From Actinomycetota bacterium (GTDB lineage Bacteria; Actinomycetota; Actinomycetes; Actinomycetales; Microbacteriaceae): DNA of 64,000 bases. The position numbers were made by a program, and so were the translations under genes. The stretch is from assembly GCA_041191905.1 (NCBI GenBank), contig JBEENY010000001.1, positions 3,760 to 67,759 of the forward strand. Direction: 5' to 3'. Positions 1 to 9,384 of this stretch are shown here, piece by piece; within the stretch, counting starts at the first letter, position 1; every line of letters begins with the position of its first letter. The notes under the pieces are model-generated. The model made no database searches, was not told where the DNA came from, and saw only the letters and a list, made by a program, of their open reading frames with translations.

Positions 1-1026
1 GGCGGGATCAGCCTGATTAGCTTTGTGATGGCAATGGTTGGGGCGATAATCGCTCTTGCAATCCTCGGGTACAAAAAACGCGGCTTCCCGCTTAGGCCCG
101 CCGCCATAACTCTGCTAGCGCTAGTCCTCGCCCCAGCCCTTGCGCCACTTGGACTCTTAAACACCCCGCAGGGGAGTGCGAACATAGCGGCGGTCCAGGG
201 CAACGCCAACGCTGGATTATTCTCAAATTTAACTGCTGGAACTATCCTTCAAAATCACCTAGAGGCAACAAAACTTGTAGCCCAGTCGGAGCTCTCAGAG
301 GATCTCGACCTCTTGGTCTGGCCTGAAAATGCCTCGGACGTTGATCCGCTTCGATCGGATGTTGCGCGTTCGAAGATAAGTGCAGTAGCAGCTGAATTCG
401 GTGCCCCGTTCACATTTGGAACCATCACGGTTAGCGGGGACGATGTGTACAACTCGACTTTGCTCTGGTCACCGGAGGGGAAGCTGCTTGATCAATACGA
501 CAAAAAGCGGCCCGTGCCGTTTGCAGAGTTTGTGCCGGACCGTGCCTTCTGGCGAGCGCTCGCTCCGGACCTAATTGACCTGGTACCCAGGGGTTACAGC
601 TTCGGAACTCGGGATGGCATTTTCAACCTGGAAGACTTTGATGCCGGGTCACTGATCTGCTTTGAAATTGCCATTGACTCAATCCCCAGGGAGCTGGCAC
701 TTGGTGGAGCGAACCTAATTCTGTCGCAGACTAACAATGCCGACTTTGGCTATTCCGACGAGACCTACCAGCAGGCTGCGATCGCTAAGCTACGCGCTAT
801 CGAGACTGGACGCGCGGTCGTCAACATCTCAACGGTTGGACTCAGTGCGATTTATCTGCCGGATGGAAAGACGCTGAATGAATTGACCTGGTATCAACCT
901 GGAGCCATGGTCAACGCGGTTCCGCTCTATTCCGGAATGACGCCAGCGCTACTAATTGGCGGTTGGATTGACGCCGTGCTGGCAGCCTTCGGGTTTCTGG
1001 GGTTGATGATGATTAGGCGGCCATGA
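1..1026 (+). CDS. lnt: Apolipoprotein N-acyltransferase (5'-truncated by window edge)
   Basis: Frame open back to base 1; nitrilase-fold motifs WPENA, YDKKRPVPFAE, ICFE; followed by ppm1 as in actinobacteria. Confidence 0.93.
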   Translation, partial: GGISLISFVMAMVGAIIALAILGYKKRGFPLRPAAITLLALVLAPALAPLGLLNTPQGSANIAAVQGNANAGLFSNLTAGTILQNHLEATKLVAQSELSEDLDLLVWPENASDVDPLRSDVARSKISAVAAEFGAPFTFGTITVSGDDVYNSTLLWSPEGKLLDQYDKKRPVPFAEFVPDRAFWRALAPDLIDLVPRGYSFGTRDGIFNLEDFDAGSLICFEIAIDSIPRELALGGANLILSQTNNADFGYSDETYQQAAIAKLRAIETGRAVVNISTVGLSAIYLPDGKTLNELTWYQPGAMVNAVPLYSGMTPALLIGGWIDAVLAAFGFLGLMMIRRP

Positions 1027-1727
1027 GAACGCTAGTCATGATGCCTACCTACAACGAAGCGGCGGGCATTGAGCACTCCATCAGCGAGTTGCTCATTAAG
1101 GTGCCGAGTGTCGATGTGTTGGTGATCGACGACAACTCCCCGGATGAAACCGCGGCGATCGTGGAACGAGTCTCTGCCACAAACCCCAATGTTCATCTGC
1201 TTGCCAGAGGGGCGAAGCAGGGCCTGGGGCAGGCATACCTTGCCGGTTATCGCTGGGGGATAGAGCGTGGGTATGACCGGCTTGTCCAGATGGACGCGGA
1301 TGGTTCTCACAGGCCAGAGGATCTCAAGAAGCTGCTTTTGGAAGACGCCGACGTGGTTATTGGATCTCGTTGGGTTCACGGGGGGTCGGTTCAAAATTGG
1401 CCGCGGCACCGTGAGGCAATTAGCCGATTTGGCAACTGGTATGCCGGTTTGACGACAGGGCTCCCGATTAGAGATTTGACCGCCGGGTTCAGGGTTTACC
1501 GTGCAGGGTTATTAGCGGGACTGAACCTCAAAGAGCTTGAGGCCCAGGGTTATGGTTTTCAAGTTGAAATGACCCGCCGCGCCATCGCTTCCGGAGCAAG
1601 TTGGAAAGAGGTTGCGATCACGTTTGTAGAGCGTGAGTCCGGAGAGTCAAAAATGACCAACCAGATTATTTTTGAGGCATTCTGGCTTTGCACCAAATGG
1701 GGATTGGAGCGGCTTCTTAGGCGGTAA
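1023..1727 (+). CDS. ppm1: Polyprenol monophosphomannose synthase (GT2)
   Basis: PTYNE, DDNSPD, MDADGSH motifs; ATGA overlap with lnt. Confidence 0.9.
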   Translation: MRTLVMMPTYNEAAGIEHSISELLIKVPSVDVLVIDDNSPDETAAIVERVSATNPNVHLLARGAKQGLGQAYLAGYRWGIERGYDRLVQMDADGSHRPEDLKKLLLEDADVVIGSRWVHGGSVQNWPRHREAISRFGNWYAGLTTGLPIRDLTAGFRVYRAGLLAGLNLKELEAQGYGFQVEMTRRAIASGASWKEVAITFVERESGESKMTNQIIFEAFWLCTKWGLERLLRR

Positions 1728-2076
1728 GTTTGCCGGCGGAGCGTCTAGCTCTCATGTCTGCCAAGACTTCTTCCAGAAGCTCTTCCAGCTCTTCACGAGA
1801 GCGGCGCTCTAGCACCATGTCATAGTGGGTTCTTGGACCCTCATCGTCTGACTCGGCAAGATCAATGGGCTGGCCGTTCTCAAGTCGAACTGCAATAAGC
1901 TCACACTTTTTGCACTCCCAGGTAGCGGGTAGCTCGGCCGCTGCAGAGAACACCAGGTCAAACTCGTGACCCTCCGGGCATCGAAAAACCGTTGTAACGC
2001 GTGGAGAGAACTCGACTCCCGCTTCAGTCTCGAGAGACTGAGCACCTAGTCGCATGCCTCGCATTGTTTCGGCCAT
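1717..2076 (-). CDS. rbpA: RNA polymerase-binding protein RbpA
   Basis: MRGMRLGAQSLE start, CPEGH..WECKKC, RTHYDMVLERRS..ELEELL; SD AGGAGG. Confidence 0.93.
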   Translation of the reverse strand: MAETMRGMRLGAQSLETEAGVEFSPRVTTVFRCPEGHEFDLVFSAAAELPATWECKKCELIAVRLENGQPIDLAESDDEGPRTHYDMVLERRSREELEELLEEVLADMRARRSAGKLTA

Positions 2077-2152
2077 GGTTTCCTCCTGTTTGAAGGCTCA
2101 ACCAGTGCGGTGCCGTTATAAGTCCCGAGAGCTTGTAATTCTCAGGAAACGC

Positions 2153-2893
2153 TCAGTTCAAAAGATCCACTCTGTCGCTAACGATTCCAGTTGCACCAAG
2201 TTGGATAAGGCGCGTCGCCTCTTGTGGGTCATTAATTGTCCAAAAGTGTGTATCGATTCCATGCGAAGCTAGGCGAGCGACAAATCGTGGATTAGCAAAG
2301 TTCAATCCATACATTCTGGGGGGAATCTGAAAGGCATCGACTCCAGCTACAGCTCTTGCAAATCCAAGTCCAAACATCTTGTGACTTATCAATGCAAGGG
2401 CAACCTCTCTCATTGAAGCGCTTGTTGCAACTGGCTTTGACAATAGCTTTAGGGCTGCATTTCTGCGCTTTGAGGAAAAGCTTGAGACTAGAACGCGATC
2501 ATGAGCCTCATATCTCTCAATCTCAACAACAGTTGGAACGATTGCAGGCTCGGACTTGATATCTAGATTCAATCGGACCCCAAGCTCCAAACCTTCTGCC
2601 AGGGTGGGAATTACAGCTTCCCCCTTGAGGCGAATTGTTCTGAGGTCTGCGAGGGTCAAGTCCTTGATCAGCTTGGAGACACCTGCAACTCTGAGCAGAT
2701 CATCATCGTGAAACAGGACTGCAACCTGGTCACTGGTTGCATGCACATCAGACTCGATATGCGTTGCACCGGCAGCGATCGCCGCCTGAAAGGAAGCAAT
2801 CGAGTTCTCGGCAACCGAATCGTCGTGTTCACTGAGGCCACGGTGTGCAAGCAGATGGGGTAGTGGTCCTTCAAAATAGGCGGTTCTAGCCAT
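2153..2893 (-). CDS. Glycerophosphodiester phosphodiesterase family protein
   Basis: AHRG, ENS, ESDVH, HD, WTIND, GIVSDR motifs. Confidence 0.88.
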   Translation of the reverse strand: MARTAYFEGPLPHLLAHRGLSEHDDSVAENSIASFQAAIAAGATHIESDVHATSDQVAVLFHDDDLLRVAGVSKLIKDLTLADLRTIRLKGEAVIPTLAEGLELGVRLNLDIKSEPAIVPTVVEIERYEAHDRVLVSSFSSKRRNAALKLLSKPVATSASMREVALALISHKMFGLGFARAVAGVDAFQIPPRMYGLNFANPRFVARLASHGIDTHFWTINDPQEATRLIQLGATGIVSDRVDLLN

Positions 2894-2914
2894 CTGTGCC
2901 CCTAGTCTTAGCAG

Positions 2915-3520
2915 GTGCCCAAGTCTAATTTCAGCTATCGACTAATCAAGCTGCTGATTGGACTGTTCATCTATGGCATCGGTGTCGCCATGATGGTTAG
3001 AGCGGGTATCGGAGTGGCACCTTGGGATGTCTTAGCCCAGGGAATTGCTGCCCAAACTGGCATTTCCTTCGGTCAGGGAACCATTGTCGTTTCGGCACTC
3101 GTGCTATTGATGTGGATTCCACTGAAGGTTAAGCCTGGGATTGGCTCAATTCTCAACGCAATCTTGATTGGGGTTTTTGCTGACCTAGCGCTTCCATATG
3201 TGCCCAGTTTCGAAAACTACTTTGCGAACCTAGCCCTGCTTCTTATTGGTATGGCGATTGTTTCGTTTGCAACCGGACTCTATATTTCCTGCGGGATGGG
3301 TAAGGGACCCAGGGATGGCCTAAACGTTGGAATCGCCCAACGCTTCAAGTTACCGTTCTGGCAGGCGAGGACCGCAATCGAGATTTTTGCCGTGAGTGCA
3401 GGCTTTCTCCTCGGCGGCCAAGCCAGAGAGGGAACGCTAATTTTCGCGCTCCTGATTGGCTACATGAACCAACTCGCCCTTCGACTATTTGGATTGGCAG
3501 ATAGAAATGGCCGAGTCTAG
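2915..3520 (+). CDS. YczE/YyaS/YitT-like membrane protein
   Basis: Multi-TM; G-x-APWDVL-x-QG and G-x-GPRDGL motifs. Confidence 0.8.
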   Translation: MPKSNFSYRLIKLLIGLFIYGIGVAMMVRAGIGVAPWDVLAQGIAAQTGISFGQGTIVVSALVLLMWIPLKVKPGIGSILNAILIGVFADLALPYVPSFENYFANLALLLIGMAIVSFATGLYISCGMGKGPRDGLNVGIAQRFKLPFWQARTAIEIFAVSAGFLLGGQAREGTLIFALLIGYMNQLALRLFGLADRNGRV

Positions 3521-3977
3521 ACATCGCAACACGGTGCGGGTTTTGCTGGTTTCCCCTCAAAAACGATTTCTCATGTTTTTCTCAAGATTTGAGCCGGAAG
3601 TTGATCTCCCGCCCCAGTGGATTTTCCCCGGCGGTGGCAGAGAGCCAGGTGAAAGCCCGATCGAAGCAGCGATTCGAGAACTTAGAGAAGAGACAGGATT
3701 AGATTTCTCTGAGTCCGAATTGATTGAGTATGCGAACTCGATCGATTTTGAATTTCCCTCAAAACTAAGTTTCGACACTGGCACAGCTTGGTTCTTTAGA
3801 GCCGAAGTCAAAGAAGAATTTGCACCGAGCAACGCGCTTTGGACCGAAGACGAACACAGAGATACCGTCATGCACAGCTGGCTTGATATCGAACAAATCC
3901 AGGCTGAAAACTTTTGGGTGGGGCCTGAGGGCGCTGTTGAATTGATACAGGAGTGGCAAGCTCAGGACCCCTTCTGA
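3507..3977 (+). CDS. NUDIX hydrolase
   Basis: Nudix box GGGREPGESPIEAAIRELREETG; ATG at 3507 preferred over TTG at 3489. Confidence 0.85.
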   Translation: MAESRHRNTVRVLLVSPQKRFLMFFSRFEPEVDLPPQWIFPGGGREPGESPIEAAIRELREETGLDFSESELIEYANSIDFEFPSKLSFDTGTAWFFRAEVKEEFAPSNALWTEDEHRDTVMHSWLDIEQIQAENFWVGPEGAVELIQEWQAQDPF

Positions 3978-3998
3978 CCACGCCACAAGAAGCAATCT

Positions 3999-4026
3999 AT
4001 TGCCGATAATAAATATTATGTCAAGT
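3999..4026 (+). other. dif: dif site (XerC/XerD chromosome dimer resolution)
   Basis: ATTGCCGATAA-TAAATA-TTATGTCAAGT: 11-6-11 layout with the actinobacterial XerD arm TTATGTCAAGT, in an AT-rich gap between convergent genes. Confidence 0.9.
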
Positions 4027-4068
4027 AATGATTATTGAAAGATGGTTGACCCGCTCTCCCCGACTTGA

Positions 4069-5124
4069 TTAGAACTGTTGGGTTGCTGCGGACCACTCGA
4101 CGAGTTTCCGCTGAGCAGCACCTGATTCAATTGCTGCCTTGGCGGTGATGATGGCCGCTTCGAATAGACCAGAGATGTTTGATCGTGAACCTTTAGCGAT
4201 TTCATAGGCCACCATGCCGCCAGCGGCGTTGAGTGTAACCACATCGAAAATTGCCTTTGAATTTTCAAGCTCTTCACCGGCAAAGAGCCTTCGGGCGACC
4301 TCGGCGTTGTGCTTGGCATCTCCGCCTATGAGCTGGTCAATTGTCGCTCGATCGATTCCCAGGTCCCTTGGATCGAAAATCACTTCTTCGACTGCATCGG
4401 GACGAACTACCCATACTGAGCTCGGAGATGTTGTTGAGAGTTCATCAAGTCCATCAGTGGATCTAAAAACCAAGCCTGCTCTTTTTCGAGATGCCAACTC
4501 CTGAGCCATCTTGGGAGCAATTACTGGGTTGGCTACCCCGAGTGCAGTTGCTATTGGCTGCGCTGGATTTGCTAATGGGCCAAGGAAGTTGAATGTCGTA
4601 GGAACCCCAAGCTGCTTCCTTACCGGCGCAACGAAGCGCATCGCCGGGTGAAAAACGGGCGCAAAGAAGAACGTGATGCCGACTTTGCGAAACACTTCTG
4701 CCACCTGCGCTGGCGCTAAATCGAGTCTGATGCCTAGTACTTCCAGCATCTCTGAGGATCCTGTTTTTCCCGAGGCTGAGCGACTGCCGTGCTTCAAAAC
4801 GGGTACACCTGCTGCTGCTGTGACAATCGCTGCCATGGAGCTGATGTTCACGGTTCCGACTAGGTCTCCCCCAGTGCCAACAATGTCTACCGCGTCAGAT
4901 CCGGTATCGAGCAAAACTGCATTATCAAGCATGACGTCAACTAAGCCAGCAAGCTCCCCGACGGTTTCACCTTTGGATCTCAGTGCCATCATGAAAGCGC
5001 CAATTTGAGCCTCGGAAGCTTCGCCACTCATTATCTGTCGCATGGCCCAGGAAGCGGATTCCCTCGATAGGTCCTCCCCTGCCAAAAGCGAGCTCAAGAC
5101 CGCTGGCCAAGTCAAAATCTGCAT
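4069..5124 (-). CDS. trpD: Anthranilate phosphoribosyltransferase
   Basis: DIVGTGGD, NISS, KHGSR, GLDE motifs; ATG at 5124 with -10 TAAAGT 7 nt upstream. Confidence 0.95.
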   Translation of the reverse strand: MQILTWPAVLSSLLAGEDLSRESASWAMRQIMSGEASEAQIGAFMMALRSKGETVGELAGLVDVMLDNAVLLDTGSDAVDIVGTGGDLVGTVNISSMAAIVTAAAGVPVLKHGSRSASGKTGSSEMLEVLGIRLDLAPAQVAEVFRKVGITFFFAPVFHPAMRFVAPVRKQLGVPTTFNFLGPLANPAQPIATALGVANPVIAPKMAQELASRKRAGLVFRSTDGLDELSTTSPSSVWVVRPDAVEEVIFDPRDLGIDRATIDQLIGGDAKHNAEVARRLFAGEELENSKAIFDVVTLNAAGGMVAYEIAKGSRSNISGLFEAAIITAKAAIESGAAQRKLVEWSAATQQF

Positions 5125-5188
5125 GGCTAGAACTTTACTCATCGAAATAGCAAAGCAGAGTCCAAAAAATCGTGGATTCGGGGTCAAC

Positions 5189-5221
5189 ACACGCCGTTCG
5201 AGGCTTAATTTGGGTTAGGCT
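5189..5221 (+). promoter_or_regulatory. Leaderless ctaE promoter: ACACGCCG box plus -10 TAGGCT
   Basis: TAGGCT (5216-5221) 6 nt before ATG, no SD; ACAC starts 27 nt before the hexamer. Confidence 0.55.
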
Positions 5222-5227
5222 AGAGGC

Positions 5228-5851
5228 ATGTCTGCAACCTCAACTGCCGCTGCGAACGCGGTAATCAACAGACCAAATGCGGTCTCAGTAGGAACCATTG
5301 TTTGGCTTGGCTCGGAAGTTATGTTCTTCGCGGGCCTTTTTGCTATGTACTTCAGCCTCCGCGCTGGCGCACCTGAGCTATGGGCCAACGACACCAAGAT
5401 CCTTGATGTTCCATTTGCTCTGGTAAACACCCTGATTCTGGTTGCAAGCTCCTTCACCGCCCAATTCGGTGTCTTCGCCGCCGAGCGACTCCAACCTCGC
5501 CGCACCGGCAACTCCCCCGCCAAGTGGGGAATGATTGAATGGTTCTTCCTCACCTACGTGATGGGTGCAATCTTCGTAGCTGGCCAGAGCTATGAGTACG
5601 CCAAGCTTGTTTCGGAGGGCGTGAGCCTCGCTTCTAACTCTTATGGATCTGCCTTCTATATCACCACTGGTTTCCACGCCTTGCACGTGACCGGTGGTCT
5701 GATTGCATTCCTCCTGGTAATTGCGAGAGCTTACGCAGTAAAGAACTTTGGGCACCGCGAGGCAACTAGCGCGATCGTTGTGTCTTACTACTGGCACTTT
5801 GTAGATGTGGTGTGGATTGGACTATTCGTAGTCGTCTACATCTTGAAATAA
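5228..5851 (+). CDS. ctaE: Cytochrome c oxidase subunit III
   Basis: [31 protein letters not shown]. Confidence 0.96.
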   Translation: MSATSTAAANAVINRPNAVSVGTIVWLGSEVMFFAGLFAMYFSLRAGAPELWANDTKILDVPFALVNTLILVASSFTAQFGVFAAERLQPRRTGNSPAKWGMIEWFFLTYVMGAIFVAGQSYEYAKLVSEGVSLASNSYGSAFYITTGFHALHVTGGLIAFLLVIARAYAVKNFGHREATSAIVVSYYWHFVDVVWIGLFVVVYILK

Positions 5852-6640
5852 ATGGAGAAACAGTTGAGTAACGAAAAACCACTGCGCCGCCGCCCTTGGG
5901 CTGCGGGAATCGTGATTTTCCTGGGTCTGGTGCTTTCCGGTGGTGGCTATGCCGCTGCAACCAGCACTGTTCAGGCAGACCTTTCTAGCCCTGAACTAAT
6001 TGACGAGGGTCGCAAGCTGTTTCTTGCAAACTGCGCAAGCTGCCACGGCACCAACGGCGAAGGCGCAATTGGTGGCCCGAGTCTGATTGGTGTTGGTGCG
6101 GCATCCGTTGACTTCCAAGTTGGAACTGGTCGTATGCCTGGCCAGGCTTCCGGACCACAGCTTCACAAGAAGCCAGTTCAGTTCACTGAGGAGCAAATAG
6201 CTGCCATGGCAGCTTGGGTAGCGTCACTCGCACCTGGACCTTCGATTCCAGATGAAGAGTACCTCCGTGCAGACGGAAACCCAACCCACGGTGGTGAGCT
6301 GTTCCGAATCAACTGTGCAATGTGTCACAACGCCGTAGGTGCTGCAGGTGCGCTAACTGAAGGTCGCTGGGCTCCCCAGCTAAAGGGCGTATCAGAGAAG
6401 CACATCTATGAGGCAATGATTACCGGTCCACAGAACATGCCAGTGTTCAACGATGCCAACTTGACCCCTGAGGACAAGAAGGACATCATCACCTACCTGA
6501 AGTACGTCGAGAACAACCCATCGGTTGGTGGCTATGAGCTTGGATCCATCGGTCCAGTGGCTGAAGGCCTATTCGTATGGATCTTCGGCCTGGGATTCAT
6601 CATCGCGATCACTGTTTGGCTTGGCGCCAAGTCGAACTAG
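5852..6640 (+). CDS. qcrC: Cytochrome bcc complex di-heme cytochrome c subunit
   Basis: Two CxxCH motifs (CASCH, CAMCH); C-terminal TM. Confidence 0.96.
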   Translation: MEKQLSNEKPLRRRPWAAGIVIFLGLVLSGGGYAAATSTVQADLSSPELIDEGRKLFLANCASCHGTNGEGAIGGPSLIGVGAASVDFQVGTGRMPGQASGPQLHKKPVQFTEEQIAAMAAWVASLAPGPSIPDEEYLRADGNPTHGGELFRINCAMCHNAVGAAGALTEGRWAPQLKGVSEKHIYEAMITGPQNMPVFNDANLTPEDKKDIITYLKYVENNPSVGGYELGSIGPVAEGLFVWIFGLGFIIAITVWLGAKSN

Positions 6641-6650
6641 GAGTTAGACC

Positions 6651-7673
6651 ATGAGCGAAATCGAAAAAGTTTACGAGTCGGGTCTAGCGACCAAGTCAGA
6701 CCGTCCTATCAAGGACCCAGGCATCGAGCCACACCGCGTGCGCATGACCGACAAGGACGAGCGCGCCGCCCGCAATGCTGAACGAGCAGTCGCGGCAATG
6801 TTCCTTATTTCTATTGTTGGAGCAATAGTCGCAGTGTGGGGATTCTTTGCATTCCCAATCGTCGACGGCGATCTATCTGCAACCAGAAACAACACCTTCT
6901 GGATGGGTGTCGGTATGGCGCTAAGCCTCCTTGGAATTGGCTTCGGTGCGGTCCACTGGGCGAAGACTCTGATGCCAGACCACGAGGTTTCTGAGGAACG
7001 TCACATCGCCCGCAGCTCCGAGGAGTCGAGGGCTCAGGCGCTTGAAATCATCAAGCTTGCTGATGGTGAGTCGGGATTCACCAGAAGGAAGTTGATTCGT
7101 AGAACCCTTTACGGTGCATTGGCATTTTTCCCAATCCCAGCGGTCGTAATCTTCGGAGACCTGGGGCCTAGCGTCGGCGACACCTTGAAGCACACCATGT
7201 GGCGTCAGGGAACCAGGCTCACCAAAGACCCAACCGGAATTCCAATCAAGGCTTCCGAGGTAACTATCGGATCTGTTTTTCACGTTATTCCGGAGGGGCT
7301 CAAGGAGCTAGACCACGAAATCAAACTCAACGAAAAGGCTAAGGCCGCTGTTTTGTTGGTTCGTGTGAACCCAGAGGATCTAAACGAGGATCCTGCCAAG
7401 AAGGACTGGAGCTACGAGGGAATCGTTGCTTATTCCAAGATCTGTACCCACGTGGGCTGCCCAGTGGCTCTATATGAGCAGCACACACACCACCTGCTAT
7501 GCCCATGCCACCAGTCAACCTTTGACCTGGCGAATCACTGCAAGGTGATTTTCGGACCAGCAGCGCGCCCTCTCCCCCAGCTACCGATCACCGTCGACGC
7601 TGAGGGCTATCTCATCGCACAAAGCGACTTCCTCGAGCCAGTTGGCCCAACATTCTGGGACATTAGGAACTAG
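6651..7673 (+). CDS. qcrA: Cytochrome bcc Rieske Fe-S subunit
   Basis: CTHVGC and CPCHQS ligands; internal twin-Arg (TRRKL). Confidence 0.96.
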   Translation: MSEIEKVYESGLATKSDRPIKDPGIEPHRVRMTDKDERAARNAERAVAAMFLISIVGAIVAVWGFFAFPIVDGDLSATRNNTFWMGVGMALSLLGIGFGAVHWAKTLMPDHEVSEERHIARSSEESRAQALEIIKLADGESGFTRRKLIRRTLYGALAFFPIPAVVIFGDLGPSVGDTLKHTMWRQGTRLTKDPTGIPIKASEVTIGSVFHVIPEGLKELDHEIKLNEKAKAAVLLVRVNPEDLNEDPAKKDWSYEGIVAYSKICTHVGCPVALYEQHTHHLLCPCHQSTFDLANHCKVIFGPAARPLPQLPITVDAEGYLIAQSDFLEPVGPTFWDIRN

Positions 7674-7676
7674 TAA

Positions 7677-9335
7677 ATGACGAATGCAACTCAGCAGAAA
7701 AAGGGCGGATTCCTAGCAGGAACCGCGAACTACCTAGACGAGCGTGTCGGAATCGGCACTGTAGTCAAGGGCTTTGGCCGCAAGATCTTCCCAGACCACT
7801 GGAGCTTCATGCTCGGTGAGGTGGCTCTCTATAGCTTCGTCATCCTCGTGCTCTCCGGCACCTTCCTAACCTTCTACTTCCAGCCATCGATGGCAGTAGT
7901 GCACTACGAAGGGTCTTACGCGCCTCTAAAGGGTGCCGAAATGTCTATCGCCTACGCATCCAGCCTGGACATCAGCTTTGACATCCGCGGTGGTTTGCTT
8001 ATGCGGCAGGTGCACCACTGGGCAGCGCTGCTGTTCGTGGCCGCCAGCGGTTTGCACATGCTTCGCGTGTTCTTCACAGGTGCGTTCCGCAAGCCTCGCG
8101 AGCTCAACTGGCTAGTTGGCTTCATGCTTTTCATTCTTGGAATGGCCGCTGGATTCACAGGCTACTCCCTGCCAGACGACCTGCTATCGGGTAACGGTCT
8201 TCGAATCATCGATGGCATGATCAAGGGAATTCCATTCATCGGACCATCGATTTCCTCCGGCCTGTTCGGCGGCGAGTTCCCTGGCACCGAGGTGGTTGCT
8301 CGTCTCTACAGCCTCCACATCATGATCGTGCCAGCGTTGATCATTCTGTTCATCGCACTTCACTTGATGATGGTTGTGCTGCACAAGCACACGCACTACT
8401 CCGGACCAGGCCGTCGCGACGACAACGTCGTTGGTTACCCGCTGATGCCGGTTTATGTTGCAAAGGCTGGAGGCTTCTTCTTCCTAGTCTTTGGTGTAAT
8501 CATGGCAATCTCTGCCACCTTCACCATCAACCCAATCTGGAACTACGGTCCTTACGACCCATCACCAGTTTCCGCAGGTACTCAGCCAGACTGGTACATC
8601 GGTTGGCTCGATGGAGCCCTCCGATTGGCTCCAAGCCACTGGGACGTCGCCGTATTTGGCATCGTTCTACCCTTCGGTGTTCTAGTCCCTCTGGTTGTAT
8701 CGCTGGTCTTCCTGGCCTTAGTTGCGGCTTACCCATTCCTTGAGGCGTGGGTTACCGGAGACAAGCGTGAGCACCACGTTCTAGACCGTCCACGCAACGC
8801 TCCTACCAGAACCGCTATCGGTGCTGCTGGAGTTACTTTCTACGCCGTCCTATGGGCTGGAGCGTCGACTGACCTAATCGCAATCAACTTCCAGATGTCC
8901 TTGAACCAGGTTCTAGTCTCGATGCAGATCCTGCTCATCATTGGACCGATCATTGCCTACTGGGTAACCAAGCGCACTTGCCTCTCCCTTCAGCGCAAGG
9001 ACCGCGAAATGGTGCTACACGGCCGTGAGACCGGTCGAGTTGTTCGCTTGCCTCACGGTGAGTACATCGAGCTGCACGAGCCATTGGACAAGTATGAGCT
9101 GTGGAAGCTGGTTGACTTCAAGGACTACCAGCCAACCCTGCCAAGACCTAACAAGGATGGCAAGATCACTCTTGGTTCAAGAGTTCGCTCCGCGCTATCG
9201 AAGATTTACTTCGAGGACCGCATCGCACCAGTCACTAAGGCTGAGTACGAGCTGGCTCACGCAGAGCACGCCCCAGCTGTCGAAGAGGCGCCAAAGCCAA
9301 AGCGCAAGCCAAAGGCAGTTGCTGCTAAGAAGTAG
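7677..9335 (+). CDS. qcrB: Cytochrome bcc cytochrome b subunit
   Basis: RQVHHWAA, HMLRVFFTGAFRKPRE, QPDWY. Confidence 0.97.
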   Translation: MTNATQQKKGGFLAGTANYLDERVGIGTVVKGFGRKIFPDHWSFMLGEVALYSFVILVLSGTFLTFYFQPSMAVVHYEGSYAPLKGAEMSIAYASSLDISFDIRGGLLMRQVHHWAALLFVAASGLHMLRVFFTGAFRKPRELNWLVGFMLFILGMAAGFTGYSLPDDLLSGNGLRIIDGMIKGIPFIGPSISSGLFGGEFPGTEVVARLYSLHIMIVPALIILFIALHLMMVVLHKHTHYSGPGRRDDNVVGYPLMPVYVAKAGGFFFLVFGVIMAISATFTINPIWNYGPYDPSPVSAGTQPDWYIGWLDGALRLAPSHWDVAVFGIVLPFGVLVPLVVSLVFLALVAAYPFLEAWVTGDKREHHVLDRPRNAPTRTAIGAAGVTFYAVLWAGASTDLIAINFQMSLNQVLVSMQILLIIGPIIAYWVTKRTCLSLQRKDREMVLHGRETGRVVRLPHGEYIELHEPLDKYELWKLVDFKDYQPTLPRPNKDGKITLGSRVRSALSKIYFEDRIAPVTKAEYELAHAEHAPAVEEAPKPKRKPKAVAAKK

Positions 9336-9344
9336 CCCTGCTTC

Positions 9345-9384
9345 AAAACTAAACCCCTGGTTGTGAGACCAGGGGTTTAGTTTT
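9345..9384. terminator. Bidirectional intrinsic terminator between qcrB and the GNAT gene
   Basis: 17-bp perfect inverted repeat AAAACTAAACCCCTGGT-N6-ACCAGGGGTTTAGTTTT, overlapping the GNAT stop codon. Confidence 0.85.
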
